Assembly (NCBI GenBank): GCA_047495785.1
Contig: JBLDXI010000024.1
Location: forward strand, 4,836,001-4,900,000
Length of the DNA: 64,000 nt
Origin: Lepidodermella squamata
Lineage: Eukaryota; Animalia; Gastrotricha
Reading direction: 5' to 3'
In this document: positions 1-12,600 of the stretch, one piece after another
How the letters are laid out: every line of letters starts with the position of its first letter
How positions within the stretch are numbered: position 1 is the stretch's first letter
Notes under the pieces: model-generated
What the model was told of the DNA's origin: nothing
The model's input: only the letters and a program-made list of their open reading frames with translations
Database searches by the model: none
Position numbers and translations under genes: made by a program

Positions 1-155
1 GAACTGCAGGACTCCAAAAGGAAATTTTGGAAAAGCACACCATTTTCCTCAAATTCAAACTGCGTCAGAGTTTTCTTTGCAAATTTGGGGAACTTTAACC
101 CAAATAATTCAAGGGAGTCCGAAAACCGCTAAATCGGATTTCTTATGAATTTCAG

Positions 156-1208
156 ATAAATTGGCCAGACAGTAAGCGCACATCCTGGCTAGCAGACCTA
201 AAAGCAGCTTGCGGGCCCTTCAACGAAGTCGGCGACTGCACAGCGAAACAGGGCGGCCGGCGGTGGTGGCGATGCATGGACGACGAGCAGATTCAAAATC
301 TACTCGCGCAAATGCCGCAGCAAAGCGGGCAAAGCGACGGCTTCCCAACAAGCGCGTCCGAGCTTCGCGGGCTCTTCGAAGCCCTGCAAGACATTTGCGA
401 ACCAACGACAGCGTCCGACTTCGACAAGGACCATCCATGCATGCGAGATGCGTTTACCAAAGTCGCAGATGAGACAGCTTCGTTCAAAGAAAGCCTCGTC
501 AAAACAGATGACGCTGTAGCCGGAAATTGCGCAGCGTTGAATTGCGGCGCGGCTAAGCAATACGAAAACATGTTTGTCTACATCGTGTTCGCGCAATGCA
601 AAGCAGGACCGTCAAAATCTGCTGGGCAGCTCGTTAACCCGTTCCTGCGACTTATGATGATGAACAATTTAGCTATGAAAACGTACTGTACCGCGGAAGA
701 TTTTCCGAATGACATCGACGCTGGCGGGTATACTAAGATGCCGTCGACTACGAGCCCATTGGATACTTCTACGAAATTGCCGTGTGACGTTACAGCTCCG
801 CCGCCGCCTACAACTACGACGATTGCGCCTAAACAGACCCCAGCGCCACCGCCCAAAGCGCCTATGCCTATGCCTGTGCCCGGGCCTACGCCTGAGCCAG
901 GGATTGTTCCTCCGCCGTACCAGCCCCCTCCTAACGGTATGCCACCCCGAGCTCCACCTGCAACTATCCCGCCAGCTCCAGCTACGACGACTATACGCAG
1001 GCGGACAGGAGGTCCCGCGCCACAGTTGCAGACGCCGGCGCCTGTGGAATACGCGGACGAGGACGTCGATGACGATGGCTTCCGTGTACTCAGTCGCGTT
1101 CTAAAAGATTACGATTTAGAATTTCTCGACATTGCAAACGCGGGTTTCAGAACGGTCAATTCGCTACACGCTGTCATAATCTCTTTCCTCTATGTTTGGC
1201 TTGTGTGA
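156..1208 (+). CDS. Terminal exon of an orphan Cys-rich / Pro-Thr-rich (mucin-like stalk) protein, probably GPI-anchored
   Basis: TTTCAG acceptor ends at 155 and the frame is open from 156 into ORF 276-1208. Cys-rich N-part, PPPPTTTT stalk, hydrophobic C-terminus (VIISFLYVWLV*), AATAAA at ~1289. Upstream exons lie outside the window. Confidence 0.7.
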   Translation: MNWPDSKRTSWLADLKAACGPFNEVGDCTAKQGGRRWWRCMDDEQIQNLLAQMPQQSGQSDGFPTSASELRGLFEALQDICEPTTASDFDKDHPCMRDAFTKVADETASFKESLVKTDDAVAGNCAALNCGAAKQYENMFVYIVFAQCKAGPSKSAGQLVNPFLRLMMMNNLAMKTYCTAEDFPNDIDAGGYTKMPSTTSPLDTSTKLPCDVTAPPPPTTTTIAPKQTPAPPPKAPMPMPVPGPTPEPGIVPPPYQPPPNGMPPRAPPATIPPAPATTTIRRRTGGPAPQLQTPAPVEYADEDVDDDGFRVLSRVLKDYDLEFLDIANAGFRTVNSLHAVIISFLYVWLV

Positions 1209-2663
1209 TATCTTACAAAATAATCATATATGCCAATTTCAATTACTATGTTAACATCCTGGCTGTTTTTATGAAAATGCAAATGAGCAATAAAAGGACA
1301 ATTCAAACAGGATGCTTGAAGAGAGCCATTAAGCCATAGGGATCACAAAAAACGGAAAATGCTTCATCGAAAGACTATCTTAAAAAGAACATTTTTGTAG
1401 TTTTTGGTTAAATTAAGTAACTCATTTACTTCTCTTGAGAAAGCAAGGTGGACGACCTGATAGCTCTTTAAAGAACTTGGGCTTTCTGATAGCCTTATCA
1501 ATGAATCGTTTCTAAAGCTGATGAGACTTTAACTCAATAACAGAATTAATCGTTAACTCTTAATCTTTCCTTCTCACTCCAAACAATTCAAAACATTAGT
1601 TTACCTGTTCAGAATGAAAACGTTTACGTTATATGTCGAAATTTCCCTATCTTCATCAACCACCATCTTTAACGGCACGTGGAATTTGTCACTCGATAAC
1701 GCAAGATTGCTGATTGGCCACTGTTTCCTGCATTTTCTTTCCAGTTTCCCGAAAAACCGCTCAAATTGCAACAATTGTCTCAACAACAATAACATACCCT
1801 AAATCGTCATAGGACATTGTCATTATGACAAGAATTTGACTTTTTATTCGAAAGAAATTTCTACAATTTTATTATTAGTGTTACAAGATGATATTGCGCG
1901 ATTAAAACGATTAGTTTCGTAAGTATAAGTGATTTTAGTAGCCGAGAAAAAATTTCTTTTATGATTTGTCATGCTGTAATTGGTCACCCAACAGTCGTCG
2001 TCGTAGCAATCGAGTTCCAAATAAAACGGAAGAACGCGCCCGAAAAAGCAAGCAAGCAAAATGCTGAGAACCAGAGAGCGAGAAGAACAAAAAATAAGAA
2101 CGCGCGAAAAGTTCCGATTTTTTCAAACCCAATTAAGAATAATAACTTCATACGCAACAAAGCACTAGGCTAAGAACAAGAGGTGCAGTTGATTTTCCAA
2201 TAGCATTGAAAAAATGTGGCAAGGTTAGTAATATAATATTGATATAATACGGCTAATTGATAACACAATAATATCACGATTGTAATTTTGGCAAATAACG
2301 TGCGAATAGAAAAATTCAGTCTTCTCAAGGTTGACCTTGATTTTTCGGAAAATTCAAAATATTAAATAGGATCAAATTCCTTATGAAAATTTTTGGATAT
2401 TTTAGTGAAAATTCGAAAAATTCCCGAAAAATCTAGGTCAATTGAGAATTCAAGTAAAATTCACTGGTGCAAATTTAATGAAGAGATTCGAACAACAAAA
2501 CGATTTTCCAAGCGCGATTTAGCCTTTGAACAGCAGCTTTAACCACGAAATAAAACGTAGCACTATAGATCGAAGATTGAGAAAAGAAATAACACACGAT
2601 GAGTTGTTATCCAGCCTTCGTATTGCAGCGGTCACAAGTTTGCTAGTCGTCGGATTTGCTATT

Positions 2664-5600
2664 TTAGAAGAGACCGCAGTCTTTCAGGTTGGTCTTGATG
2701 ATGACGTCGGTGGCGGCGTCGAACACGAACTGAATGTTGCCGGTATCGGTGGCGCACGTGTAGTGCGCGTAGATCTCCTTTGTGCCCTTGTTGCGGTTCA
2801 GGTCTTCGAATTTCATCTTGATGAATTCGCCCGCTTCTTCGAACAATTGTTCGCCCTAAATCATAAAAAAAATTGCATTCAAAACCACTTATTCAGATTA
2901 AAAACAGAATTTTACGGAGGGGTGTTATTAACATAATTCAGCTGAGCGTCTCCTCTTTTTCACTTTTAAACTTGAAAAATGTGCAGTTAAATACGGCATT
3001 AATGATCAGGTTATCAGTTTAGGCAGAAAAATCTGAATAATACGGATTTGAATCTTTCCAAATGGCAGTTCCAAAAAAGGCCAGCGGCGAAAAGTTTGAG
3101 TGAAATACTAAATAATCTGAATGGAAATCCAAAAAAACGGTTAAATTTGATCGAAGATTATCAAATTTTGTTTTAATGTTCAATGATCAGTGGGGTCTGG
3201 GTTGCAGAATTCTAGTGACTAATACCATTATGAGTTGAGTATAAGTTAATTCGAAGTTTTCAAGAAATAGCAATTACCGTATATGCCGAATTATTATCCC
3301 ATGTTCAATTTAATTCCCCAGCCTGTTAAAGCCCCCAGTTTCACGGTCGTTTGAAACAATAAGAATCCACGCCTACAATTGCAGCCAGCGACATAAATTT
3401 AGCGTAGTACAAAAATATTTTGCGTTAAATTTCAATTGCGTAACCCGTACCTGGTCACAAAATCGTTTGCGAATTTGAATTGCGAGAAATAATTCATGTT
3501 TTGACGAACTAGAACTTGAAACCTTTGCCTTGAAGGCGATGAAAATAAAAAAATCTTCCTGATCATCGAAGAAGACGCGGAAGAAAATGAAAAAACCGAA
3601 AACGACTAGTACGCTGATGAAATTTGGTTTTTGATTTCGTGAACGTTCAATTTCTTGTTGATTCTATTTGAGCTAAGCACCTTCAAACTTGCATTGCAAT
3701 AAATAGTATCTCAGCTCATTTTTGGACCCCAGCCTGAATACGCCCCCAGTTGTTGGTTGAATTTGAATATAAAAATTTAATATTTAACAGAGGATTTCAC
3801 CTCCTGACCAAGAATATATAAAAATTGTAATATTTAAATCGGCCTATCGTCCAAGATTTCGATTATTTATACGTAATCGTGCGAACTTCAAATCCGAAAA
3901 TAGCTTCTGGCTGGTAAAATTGGTATAAACCCAAATTTACATTTCCCAGTCCGGGCCATTTTGCCTGGCACGGTTTAGCAAATGTTCACTGTACCATTAA
4001 AAACCCGAGATACCTTCAATTTTCAATTTTCAATTTTTGATATAATTTATCACCCTTTGTTATCCCTCCTAAACATTTTCGAAGTCCAAGTTGAGACTTC
4101 TCAGTGAAAAATAGCATTACGCATAAATGGAATCCGGACATAGCATAAAATTAAGCGCCAAATTTAATGACAATCGAATTCTTTAAAAGAATGAGAGAAA
4201 ATCATCAGGAGAAAAAAGGAGGCACTTACATTGTACTCTGGGAAAGCAATGGTGATGGGCGACTTTTTGATCTTCTCCTCGAAGAGATCCTTCTTGTTCA
4301 AGAAGAGGATCATCGAGGTGGAGACAAAGTACTTGTTGTTGCAGATGGAGTCGAACAGCTTCATCGACTCGTGCATGCGGTTCGTCTCCGGGTCCTCGGC
4401 CAGCGTCAGGTCGTACTCGGACATGGCGACGATGAAGATGATGGCGGTGACGCCCTCGAAGCAGTGGATCCACTTCTTGCGCTCGCTGCGCTGCCCGCCC
4501 ACGTCGAACATCTTGAAGAGCAGCGCCTTGAACGTGAACTGCGTCTCGACAATGCCCGTTGTCTTGACGCGCGTCCGCAGCACGTCCTGCTCCGTCGGCA
4601 CGTACGCCGGGTCGACGATGCGGTCCAACGCGTTGAGGTAGCTAGAAAACAAGAAGATTTTGAAAAAATCTCATTAGCAAGCTAATTAAATTAAAATTTT
4701 ACCAAATCTGATAACCGGGTCTACTTCAATTTAGGGTCAAGCCGAAATATTCTATAACCAACCATTATTTAGGACAATTTATTTCCGGACTATTCTACCT
4801 ATTTTCGGCGCTCAAAGCCTATCGAATTGGTTTCATGTAGAATTTGGATTGCCAAGTGTACACTCCGAATTTAGATTTCTGGCGCATAATTTGAGGCTCA
4901 AGCACTGGATTTCTGGGAAATTAGGTATTTCGAGAATCAATTGTTTAATGTGATGCCCGATCGATTTAGATTCCAAAATCAGTGATTTTTCCAGCAAGCC
5001 ATCACTGAAAATTATTCGGCATACCCGAGGATACCAGAAAACTAGAATTCAATGTGAAAAAACCAAAATCGATCAAAAATGGGTGAAAATCGAAAAAAGA
5101 ATGAAAACATCAAAGCTTGGGCATCAAAAACGCTTACATTAGTAATTGAATAATTGTGCGATTATTTGAATTCATTTGAATCATTTTTAGCGTCCATTCT
5201 AAGCTCCATAGATTTGAGCGAATTCAAAGAAAAAGCCCACATTGGAAATTTGAGATATGTTTATGAATTTTATGAAAAAAAATACTAAAACTCAAATTAT
5301 TAGCTTCGTTTAAAAATATTCCTGAAAATTAAAGCAATAATTCGAAAGAATAGAGGCACGTGAAATTAAGTCGAAATATGCCTCTAGCTCATCTAGTTTT
5401 AAATATCAAAACTATAGAAAATACGGCATAAATCTATAATAATCTGAACGTTTAAAAAAATTTGTCTTCAAACTGAGATCATTTTTCTTGAAACGGCAGT
5501 TTTTTCTTTAAATTCAATCAGGATGGAGGAATATTCGTTAGATAATTTTGTTCACTTCTGAAAATTGATTAGGCACTTACTACTCAGCAGAGTCGTTGAG

Positions 5601-6346
5601 CTGGTATTCGCGAGAGCGGCCGAGGCACTCCTGAACGCCGGCATCGCGCCACAACCGCCGAACGGCCGTTACGAGTTCGTTCGGGAAACGGCCCTCCTCA
5701 ACGAGTTCTAAATGCTCGTGGACAATTTTCGCATCCGCCTCACGCTCCGCCGGCTCTTCGTACGAGATTTTCAACACCGGCATCGCCTTGACAATCGCCA
5801 TTATCGACTGCAGCATGTTGCTGTAGACGACTGGTTTATATTGTAATCTTTCCTGGTCGTTATACCCATTTTCGTGTATAATTCTGCAAATATTCACAAT
5901 TTTAAACTGATTCTTTTCCAGGCATTGATCATTCAATTTACTTCATCTGTTTTACGACTGTAGATTTTCCGCATTCTCCGGCACCTGTTAGAAAAATATC
6001 GGTACGATAATCGATTTTCCGCAGGTGAAAAACATGGCTTGAAATATGACGCGCATTTTTTCGACTCGCGCCTCTTGCTTCCTGAACTTTGCGCGAGGTG
6101 GGTGTTAACCGTTAAGAGAGATATTATCGAAATTTGAGGAAGTTAATTCCACTAATGAATTTCCTAAGCTGAGTCACGCCTCACGCCAACGATCGATGTG
6201 AGCGACAAAACATGTGATAACATCATACCTAGCAGTAAAAGCTTGACTTCCTTCTGCTGCTTCTCGTTCTCCTCGCGCATCTGCTGATCGATGACTTTGG
6301 ACCGCTCCTTGGCTTGCTTCTCCTGCGCACTCTCAACACAGCCCAT
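2664..6346 (-). CDS. GNAI: Heterotrimeric G protein alpha subunit, Gi class
   Basis: Exons 6346-6229, 5984-5942, 5883-5581, 4641-4230, 2855-2664 join in frame with GT-AG ends. MGC N-terminus, [46 protein letters not shown]-terminus NLKDCGLF (Gi type). Confidence 0.95.
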
Positions 6347-8140
6347 TGCTGTTGCTTCTAATAACGGCTGGTGATTAATAAGAGGTCAAAAAATCTTGTG
6401 TTGTCTCAACAAGATTTGATGATGTAAAATCGCCACCAAAAGAACCAACAGAAACGAAACAAATATAGACGAAGAACACAGATGAGAGATTGTTAATAAT
6501 CAATCGTGTGTTAAAATCTAAAAGAGAAAAATGAAAAAAGCGAAAGGCAAATTAATCGCTCATCGAAATCAGTAAGTGATGATAATTGGCCATGACATGA
6601 TACCACTCAATCGAATAAATTAAATTGTGTCACATCGTAAATAAAAGGGCGACTGAGTCAATGGCAAAGGCTATTTAAAGCAGCGTGACAATGTATAACA
6701 ACACCGATCTACCGGGAATCCATATTAAACGGTACTAAAAGAATAAGGTTAAACCCCTTAATCCTTAACAATGCATGAATTTATACATTTGCAAGTTGAG
6801 TTCATGCACCATCTGATCGGATAAATCTGAATACAGTAGATATGTGAATTCTGGCTGAAGGATGGTTTGGAGGCAATTTCCGGACGCAGCGGAAATCACC
6901 AAATGAAGCAATTCATCAAACTACTTAAGGCCAAGCTGTTATGGGTTACAGAACTGTAAGCCAACTATCCAAACGAGACAACTCATAAGCTCTCGTCAGG
7001 GCCAACTTCAGAGGACTGGCGGCTACAGCCAAATAAAATATCGACAGCATATCTCGCTCTTAGTATTAAAAATACATAGTATGAACCGCTAGCCGAATCA
7101 ACTTCGAATTCGAATTTCAAGTTTAGTTATTATACCACCATATGCAAATGAGTAAGTATGCATGAAAAGACGAGAAGGTGCAGTCGATAAAGCAGAGGAA
7201 CAAGGGAAATTTTCAATATTATTCACAAATAAACTTTGTCATGTTGTTCAGTTACTTAATAACTAGTATCGCGAGTATTTGGAATCCTTCAACCGGGTAA
7301 TAAAGATTAAAGACAGACAAAAGTCATATTTAATCTAAATCAGCGCCTATATTAATAGGAGGATAGCATCATGATATCTGCCAATAATACCTATATTCTA
7401 TTATACCTATGTTCGATGAAATGACCGAACAACAAATGAAAAATGAATTATACCGTCAAAACCAGCGATCTTGTGGGTTCTATTGAACATTGAACGCTAA
7501 TTCTTGCAGTTCAAAACGATCATAAATAACGCATGAAAAATGGGAAAATGTGCTATCTCTGCGTTACCCATCCGACTTGAACCCACGGGTGAGAATCAAT
7601 AATTTCAAGTAATGAATGTGCAGGCGATAGAGCACATGCACGCAATCAGCAATAGACAAAATGACTTGGAACTATCAGGTGGATAGATGCAGAGCGCTGC
7701 GTTTGACCATGTAACTCGACACCGTTTCAATAAATCAACACAACCTATCGCGCATAGGCAGCTACATAGGATATAGCACATGACGTAGATACAGCACAGG
7801 TGCATACGGTGCGATGCGACAGGTACGTTGTCGCTTCTCTTCCTCTTTGGAAAAAAGACTAAGATTCTGCAGCTTTTTGAAGAAACCGCGCATTTTCGGT
7901 CGAAAAAAGAAATTTCTCAAAATGTGTTTGAATAATGATTTCAAACAATTTGCAACATTTTTTGATTTATAATTAATGTGAAAGATAAAAAACTCGCAGA
8001 AATTTTGGCCGACTTCGGCAAGGTTGGCGAGGTGAATCGACGAACGGACACGGCACAGCGGCGCGCTTGTTACTTTCATTGCGCTTATCGACTGTTTTAA
8101 GCTTTCTTCGGCTGAGCATTTGTTTGTTTGGAAGCTCATC

Positions 8141-8793
8141 ATGCCTCTTTCTGACGCTTTGAAAGCCCGTCTTGCCAAACGCGGTCTCATCGAAAAATCA
8201 GATGCTTCGAGAGAATTGGTTGAAGAAGTCATCGCCGAGGATTACTCAGGAGATCATGGTCGTGGAGGGAAAGATGATGCCGAAATTCCTCTCCGATGGT
8301 TTCCCAAATGCCCAAACAAGGCAAATCCCTTTCATTCTTGTTCCGATTTTTGTGAGAGACGCTACGGGTTGATGAGCTTCGGTGGCGGAGCTAACACCGA
8401 TGTCGAGCGCCGGCGTTTGCGAATGATCCGTCATTATCCTCTCCCAGCTGGCTGGAAGGAGGTGGCTGACCCTGAAAGCAACCGGTATTACTATTGCAAC
8501 TCATCCACTGGTCAAGTGAGTTAACATAACGTGCTTTGCGGTCCTAAGTTGAAGATGCGTTGTTTTCCCAATAGGTATCTTGGCTTTCACCTGCCCACCC
8601 GAAAGCTCGTGTGTATTCTGCATCGGGTCAGAAAGTGAAATCAGATTCCCATTCTAGTCGGCAATCTGCATCGCGCAGAGAATCTGACCATCAGAATAGT
8701 CGATCGCGGCGTCGTTCCGATGACTACGATGATAGATATGATCGACGGGGCCGTGATCGTTCTCGAGATCGGGATCGGTCTCCTCGGCGTTAA
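8141..8793 (+). CDS. PQBP1: PQBP1 homolog, N-terminal part (WW domain + R/D/S-rich polar region)
   Basis: Starts MPLSDALKARLAKRGLI (PQBP1-like N-terminus). CPNKANPFHSC segment, WW domain LPAGWKEVADPESNRYYYCNSSTGQ|VSWLSP. Exons 8141-8515 and 8575-8793. DR/RS repeats end in TAA at 8791-8793. Confidence 0.85.
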
Positions 8794-8892
8794 CATGTGC
8801 TCTTATTACTGGCTTGTTTCTACGCTCAATAATAAAGTTTTTTCTCATCCTCACTTCTATTGTCTTTGTCTCTTAGAGGTTTTAAGCATTGA
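8794..8892 (+). promoter_or_regulatory. Putative intercistronic spacer 1 (poly(A) signal + unpaired 3' splice site)
   Basis: AATAAA 8831-8836, pyrimidine tract, TCTTAG ending 8876, ATG 8893; no strong upstream donor. Confidence 0.55.
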
Positions 8893-9552
8893 ATGTCCGC
8901 TCCCAATCGGCCACAGCTCGGATCAAAACTGGTGAGGCCTGCTCCAGAGCCAGGCTCTAAGCTTGTCAGGCCTGTTCCGGCCCAGCATCAGCCTTCTCAT
9001 TCTTATGCAGTCCCTGCCTATCGACCTCCACCCCAGCCGAATCAAAACTCGCTACTTTCCAAAGTTATTTCGGCCCCAGCTCGAACACCCGCGTCTTCTC
9101 GACCAATAGTTCAAGCCGGCCCTCCTCCTCAAGCCAGACCTCAAGCTCAACCACCACGGCCCATCGGACCAGTTTTTCAAGGCCCTCAAATTCCTGGACA
9201 ATCTCAGCAATCTCGGCCTGGAGCTAGTGTTCAGAAAAAAGCGAGAATCTACAGACCGCAGAAAGAAGCAGAGCTGGACCCTATGGATCCAGCGAGTTAC
9301 TCAGAATGCGGTCGAGGCGGCTGGCAAAGCGGCCTCGAAAAAGAGGACAAAGTAGTCACGGGTGCCGATCATCAAGCCTCCGGGCCTTTGTTTCAACAAA
9401 GACCTTATCCAAGTCCAGGCGATATTTTACGGAAGAATGCCTCAGCTTCCGGATCTGGTTCTAATAATAAACAGCAAAAAGGAAAACCTGCGCAACAACA
9501 GCAGGCCAAAAAGCGGCCGATAGAATGCCCATACGACGATGAGCAGCCGTAA
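8893..9552 (+). CDS. PQBP1: PQBP1 homolog, C-terminal part (Pro/Gln-rich leader + conserved CTD) as a separate ORF
   Basis: [39 protein letters not shown] is the PQBP1 C-terminal domain with the YxxPxxVL-like motif. Own ATG is directly preceded by an in-frame TGA. Confidence 0.85.
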   Translation: MSAPNRPQLGSKLVRPAPEPGSKLVRPVPAQHQPSHSYAVPAYRPPPQPNQNSLLSKVISAPARTPASSRPIVQAGPPPQARPQAQPPRPIGPVFQGPQIPGQSQQSRPGASVQKKARIYRPQKEAELDPMDPASYSECGRGGWQSGLEKEDKVVTGADHQASGPLFQQRPYPSPGDILRKNASASGSGSNNKQQKGKPAQQQQAKKRPIECPYDDEQP

Positions 9553-9657
9553 CTGCCCGCAATCTAGTTCTAGTTTCAAGTTTTTACGATTGTTTTGTCT
9601 CAATAAATTTTCTTCATTTGAACTTCGTTTCTTTTAGAGATTTAATTGTGTAAAAAT
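9553..9657 (+). promoter_or_regulatory. Putative intercistronic spacer 2 (poly(A) signal + unpaired 3' splice site)
   Basis: AATAAA 9602-9607, pyrimidine tract, CTTTTAG ending 9637, ATG 9658; only 105 bp between genes. Confidence 0.6.
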
Positions 9658-12600
9658 ATGGCTAAGCAACAGGGCCACAGAGCTGGTCCTTGCAAGCAGA
9701 AGAATAAGGCGCACAAATCACGCCAAGGTTTCCGAACCAAGGGTGAAATCGATCGGCTCACCAAAGGAAGAATCATCAAGTTGAAAACTGGTGGCAAGAA
9801 GCGAAAAGCTGTCAGCCGCCAGCAGCGAATGAATAAGGCCGAGCAGGTGCGCAAAATGAAAACTGAGGCGACAATGATCAAAAAGAAATCGATTGGATAC
9901 TCAGGAACACCTTCTCATTTAATCGTAAGTATTTGTTCTAGTTGATTGGTCAAGATTTAAAAATTCAATTGATTTTTCAGGCTTTTATTCCACTGAATGA
10001 GGGAATCTACGCCGAAGATGTTATCAACCAATTTTCAGCTATGGATGAGAATGAAGCCAAACATTTTACCACAAATCGAGGGATTGTACATATATAGTGA
10101 GGAATTTGTTTTTTTTGTCCGATTTCATTAAAAAATATTTATAATTTTCAGTTTGAATCGTTTGAAGCAGAAAGTGTCGTTACTCGGTGTGAAACACGGC
10201 GATCTTCCAGCGTCACTTCACGCAACTATGGCTGCTGATACAGTCGTATTTCTGTTGTCACCCTACGCCGACGGGCCAGACGAAATGGGAACGCTGATTT
10301 TGCGGACTCTTCTCGCCGATGGCTGCCCGAATATTGTCTTTCTCGTGCAGGGCATTGCTCAAGTTCCGGCTAACAAACAGCGCCAAGTCAAGGCCGATCT
10401 TCAAAAAGTTGCAGCGAACTTGTAAGTTATTCATTTAATCAAAATAATAAAAAATTATGAAAAATAATTGTTTGTTTTTAGCGTTCCTGAAGCTAAATTG
10501 GTGACCTTGGACTCGGATCAACAGCTGTTTCTATTCATGCACAACGTTCTATCGCCTAAACCTAAGAAACCGACGTATTGCGAACACCGCAGTTACATGC
10601 TGGCGGAAAACGTCGACGTGTTCCCGTCGAAAACCGAACCAGGCAAATACAGCCTGAAAGTCACGGGTTACGTGCGAGGCAATCGGCCGATTTCTGCGAA
10701 TTCCCTCATCTACATTCCCGGGCACGGTGCTCATCAAATCGAATCGATTAGCTCGGCGAAAGATCCGGAATCGATTTTCAAATCAATGAACCGAAAACAC
10801 GACTCGTCGATGGAATCGGCTGAAATTACCGAAAACGTGCTGTTCCAACCCGACCCTGAGCAGCAAGAGGCGTTAGATATGTTGGCATGCCACGACGAGG
10901 AAGAAAACCTAGATATGATGAGTGAAAATAACGAGCAAATGGAGTTGGATGTTGAAAAGTTGACTAAGCCTAAAACTGTGTCGAAAATCGTACCGAAAGG
11001 CACTTCAGAGTACCAAGCTACGTGGATCACAGAGGGAGATGATGGCGATGATTCATCGGAATCAGGGTCAGAATCTGAGTGTTCCGATGAGGATATGTCG
11101 CAGAGTGGCAGTGAGAATGATGATAAAAATTCGGTAATTACAACTGGTACCACTGTAGCCGGGCAGTTGGGACCAGCTGATCCTGAGTTGTACGACGCGA
11201 AATTCGCGAATGCGGACGAGGAGGAACTTGCCTTGAAGGAATTGAAGGAGAGACAGGACGAGGATCAAATGTACCCGGATGAGGTCGACACCCCTCAGGA
11301 TGTCTCAGCCAGAGTCCGATTCGCGAAATACCGAGGTCTTCAGTCATTCCGCACGTCTCCCTGGGATCCTGAGGAGAATCTACCTGTTGAATATTCGCGA
11401 ATTTTCCAGTTCGAAAATTTCGGTCGAACTAAACGGCGTGTTTTGTCGGAAATGGTCGATGAGGGTGCGTTGGTTGGGTGGTACGTCACGCTGAATCTGG
11501 CGAATGTTAGCGAGCAGTGTGTCGCATATTGCATGCGGTCTAGCACGCAGCTGCCCGGCCATTTCGAGCCGTTGGTTTTGCACTCGATGCTGCCGCATGA
11601 ACAGAAGATGTCTGTGTTGAATTTGCTGATTAAGCGGACGAAAAATTCGACGGCGGATGACGAGGAGGTGATCAAGAATAAACAGAAGCTGATTTTCAAG
11701 GTCGGCTATCGCTGGTTTTCGACATCGCCGATTTTCTCAGAGCACGCTACGGCGGATAAATTCAAGGTTCGTCTTGGATAATTTTTTCGATTTTAATATA
11801 CGCCTTACGAGGAACTAAGCTGATACGACATAGGGTTAAGCCTATGAGGGATAAGCGATATTTTTAATTGCCGTAATAGCCGAACCGTGAGGGTTACTAT
11901 GTATCATTATATATAAATCGATCGCTGTGATCAAGGGCTATCGATTGGGGTCCTATCAATCCCGTTCAATAGGCGGTTGGACTAGTCAATAAGTAATTGC
12001 TTGTTAAAATAGGTTTTTACTAAATTGCTCAAAGGCCCAGTTGAAGCAAACTGATCTGACCTATTTAACTTATTATCAGGATTTCTTAGCAGAAATGCGT
12101 TCTAGGTCAATTAGTTTTTCATAGGCTTAATAATATTTAAGAGCTTCAACTGCTCTTTGGACAAGGTTAACGACGAAATTGCACTGAAATCTATTCTATA
12201 AAGAGCAAAAATCTAGGTTATTGGTGCGATTTCTCAATGAACTGTTCAATAGCTATTGAGCTAAGTTGCTTAAAGAACTACGCATTGCATATGTGAATAA
12301 AATAAAGTACAATAAATACAATTTTTTTATTTGATTTGAATTTTCAAGATCGAATTTTGAAAAATTACGGCCATCGCTAATTTTCCTGAACAGCTCGGTG
12401 GGGGGTTTGTAAAGATAAGGAGCTCATTTTCGTGCAAAATTCATTCGTTGGCTTGATTCGGCTTGATCATTCGTTGCCATAAATAATTGGAGATTGACGC
12501 GACCATAAAAAATTCTTTTAGTCGGAGTCTTAGCATTACAGGCTGAAAAAAATTGTTAAACATAAACAGAAGACATAACAGTTGGGTTTTCGACATTATC

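Noticed and set aside
4167-4685. Antisense ORFs over G-alpha-i, alpha2delta and NAPE-PLD exons
   Set aside because: Shadow ORFs caused by high GC3 codon bias.
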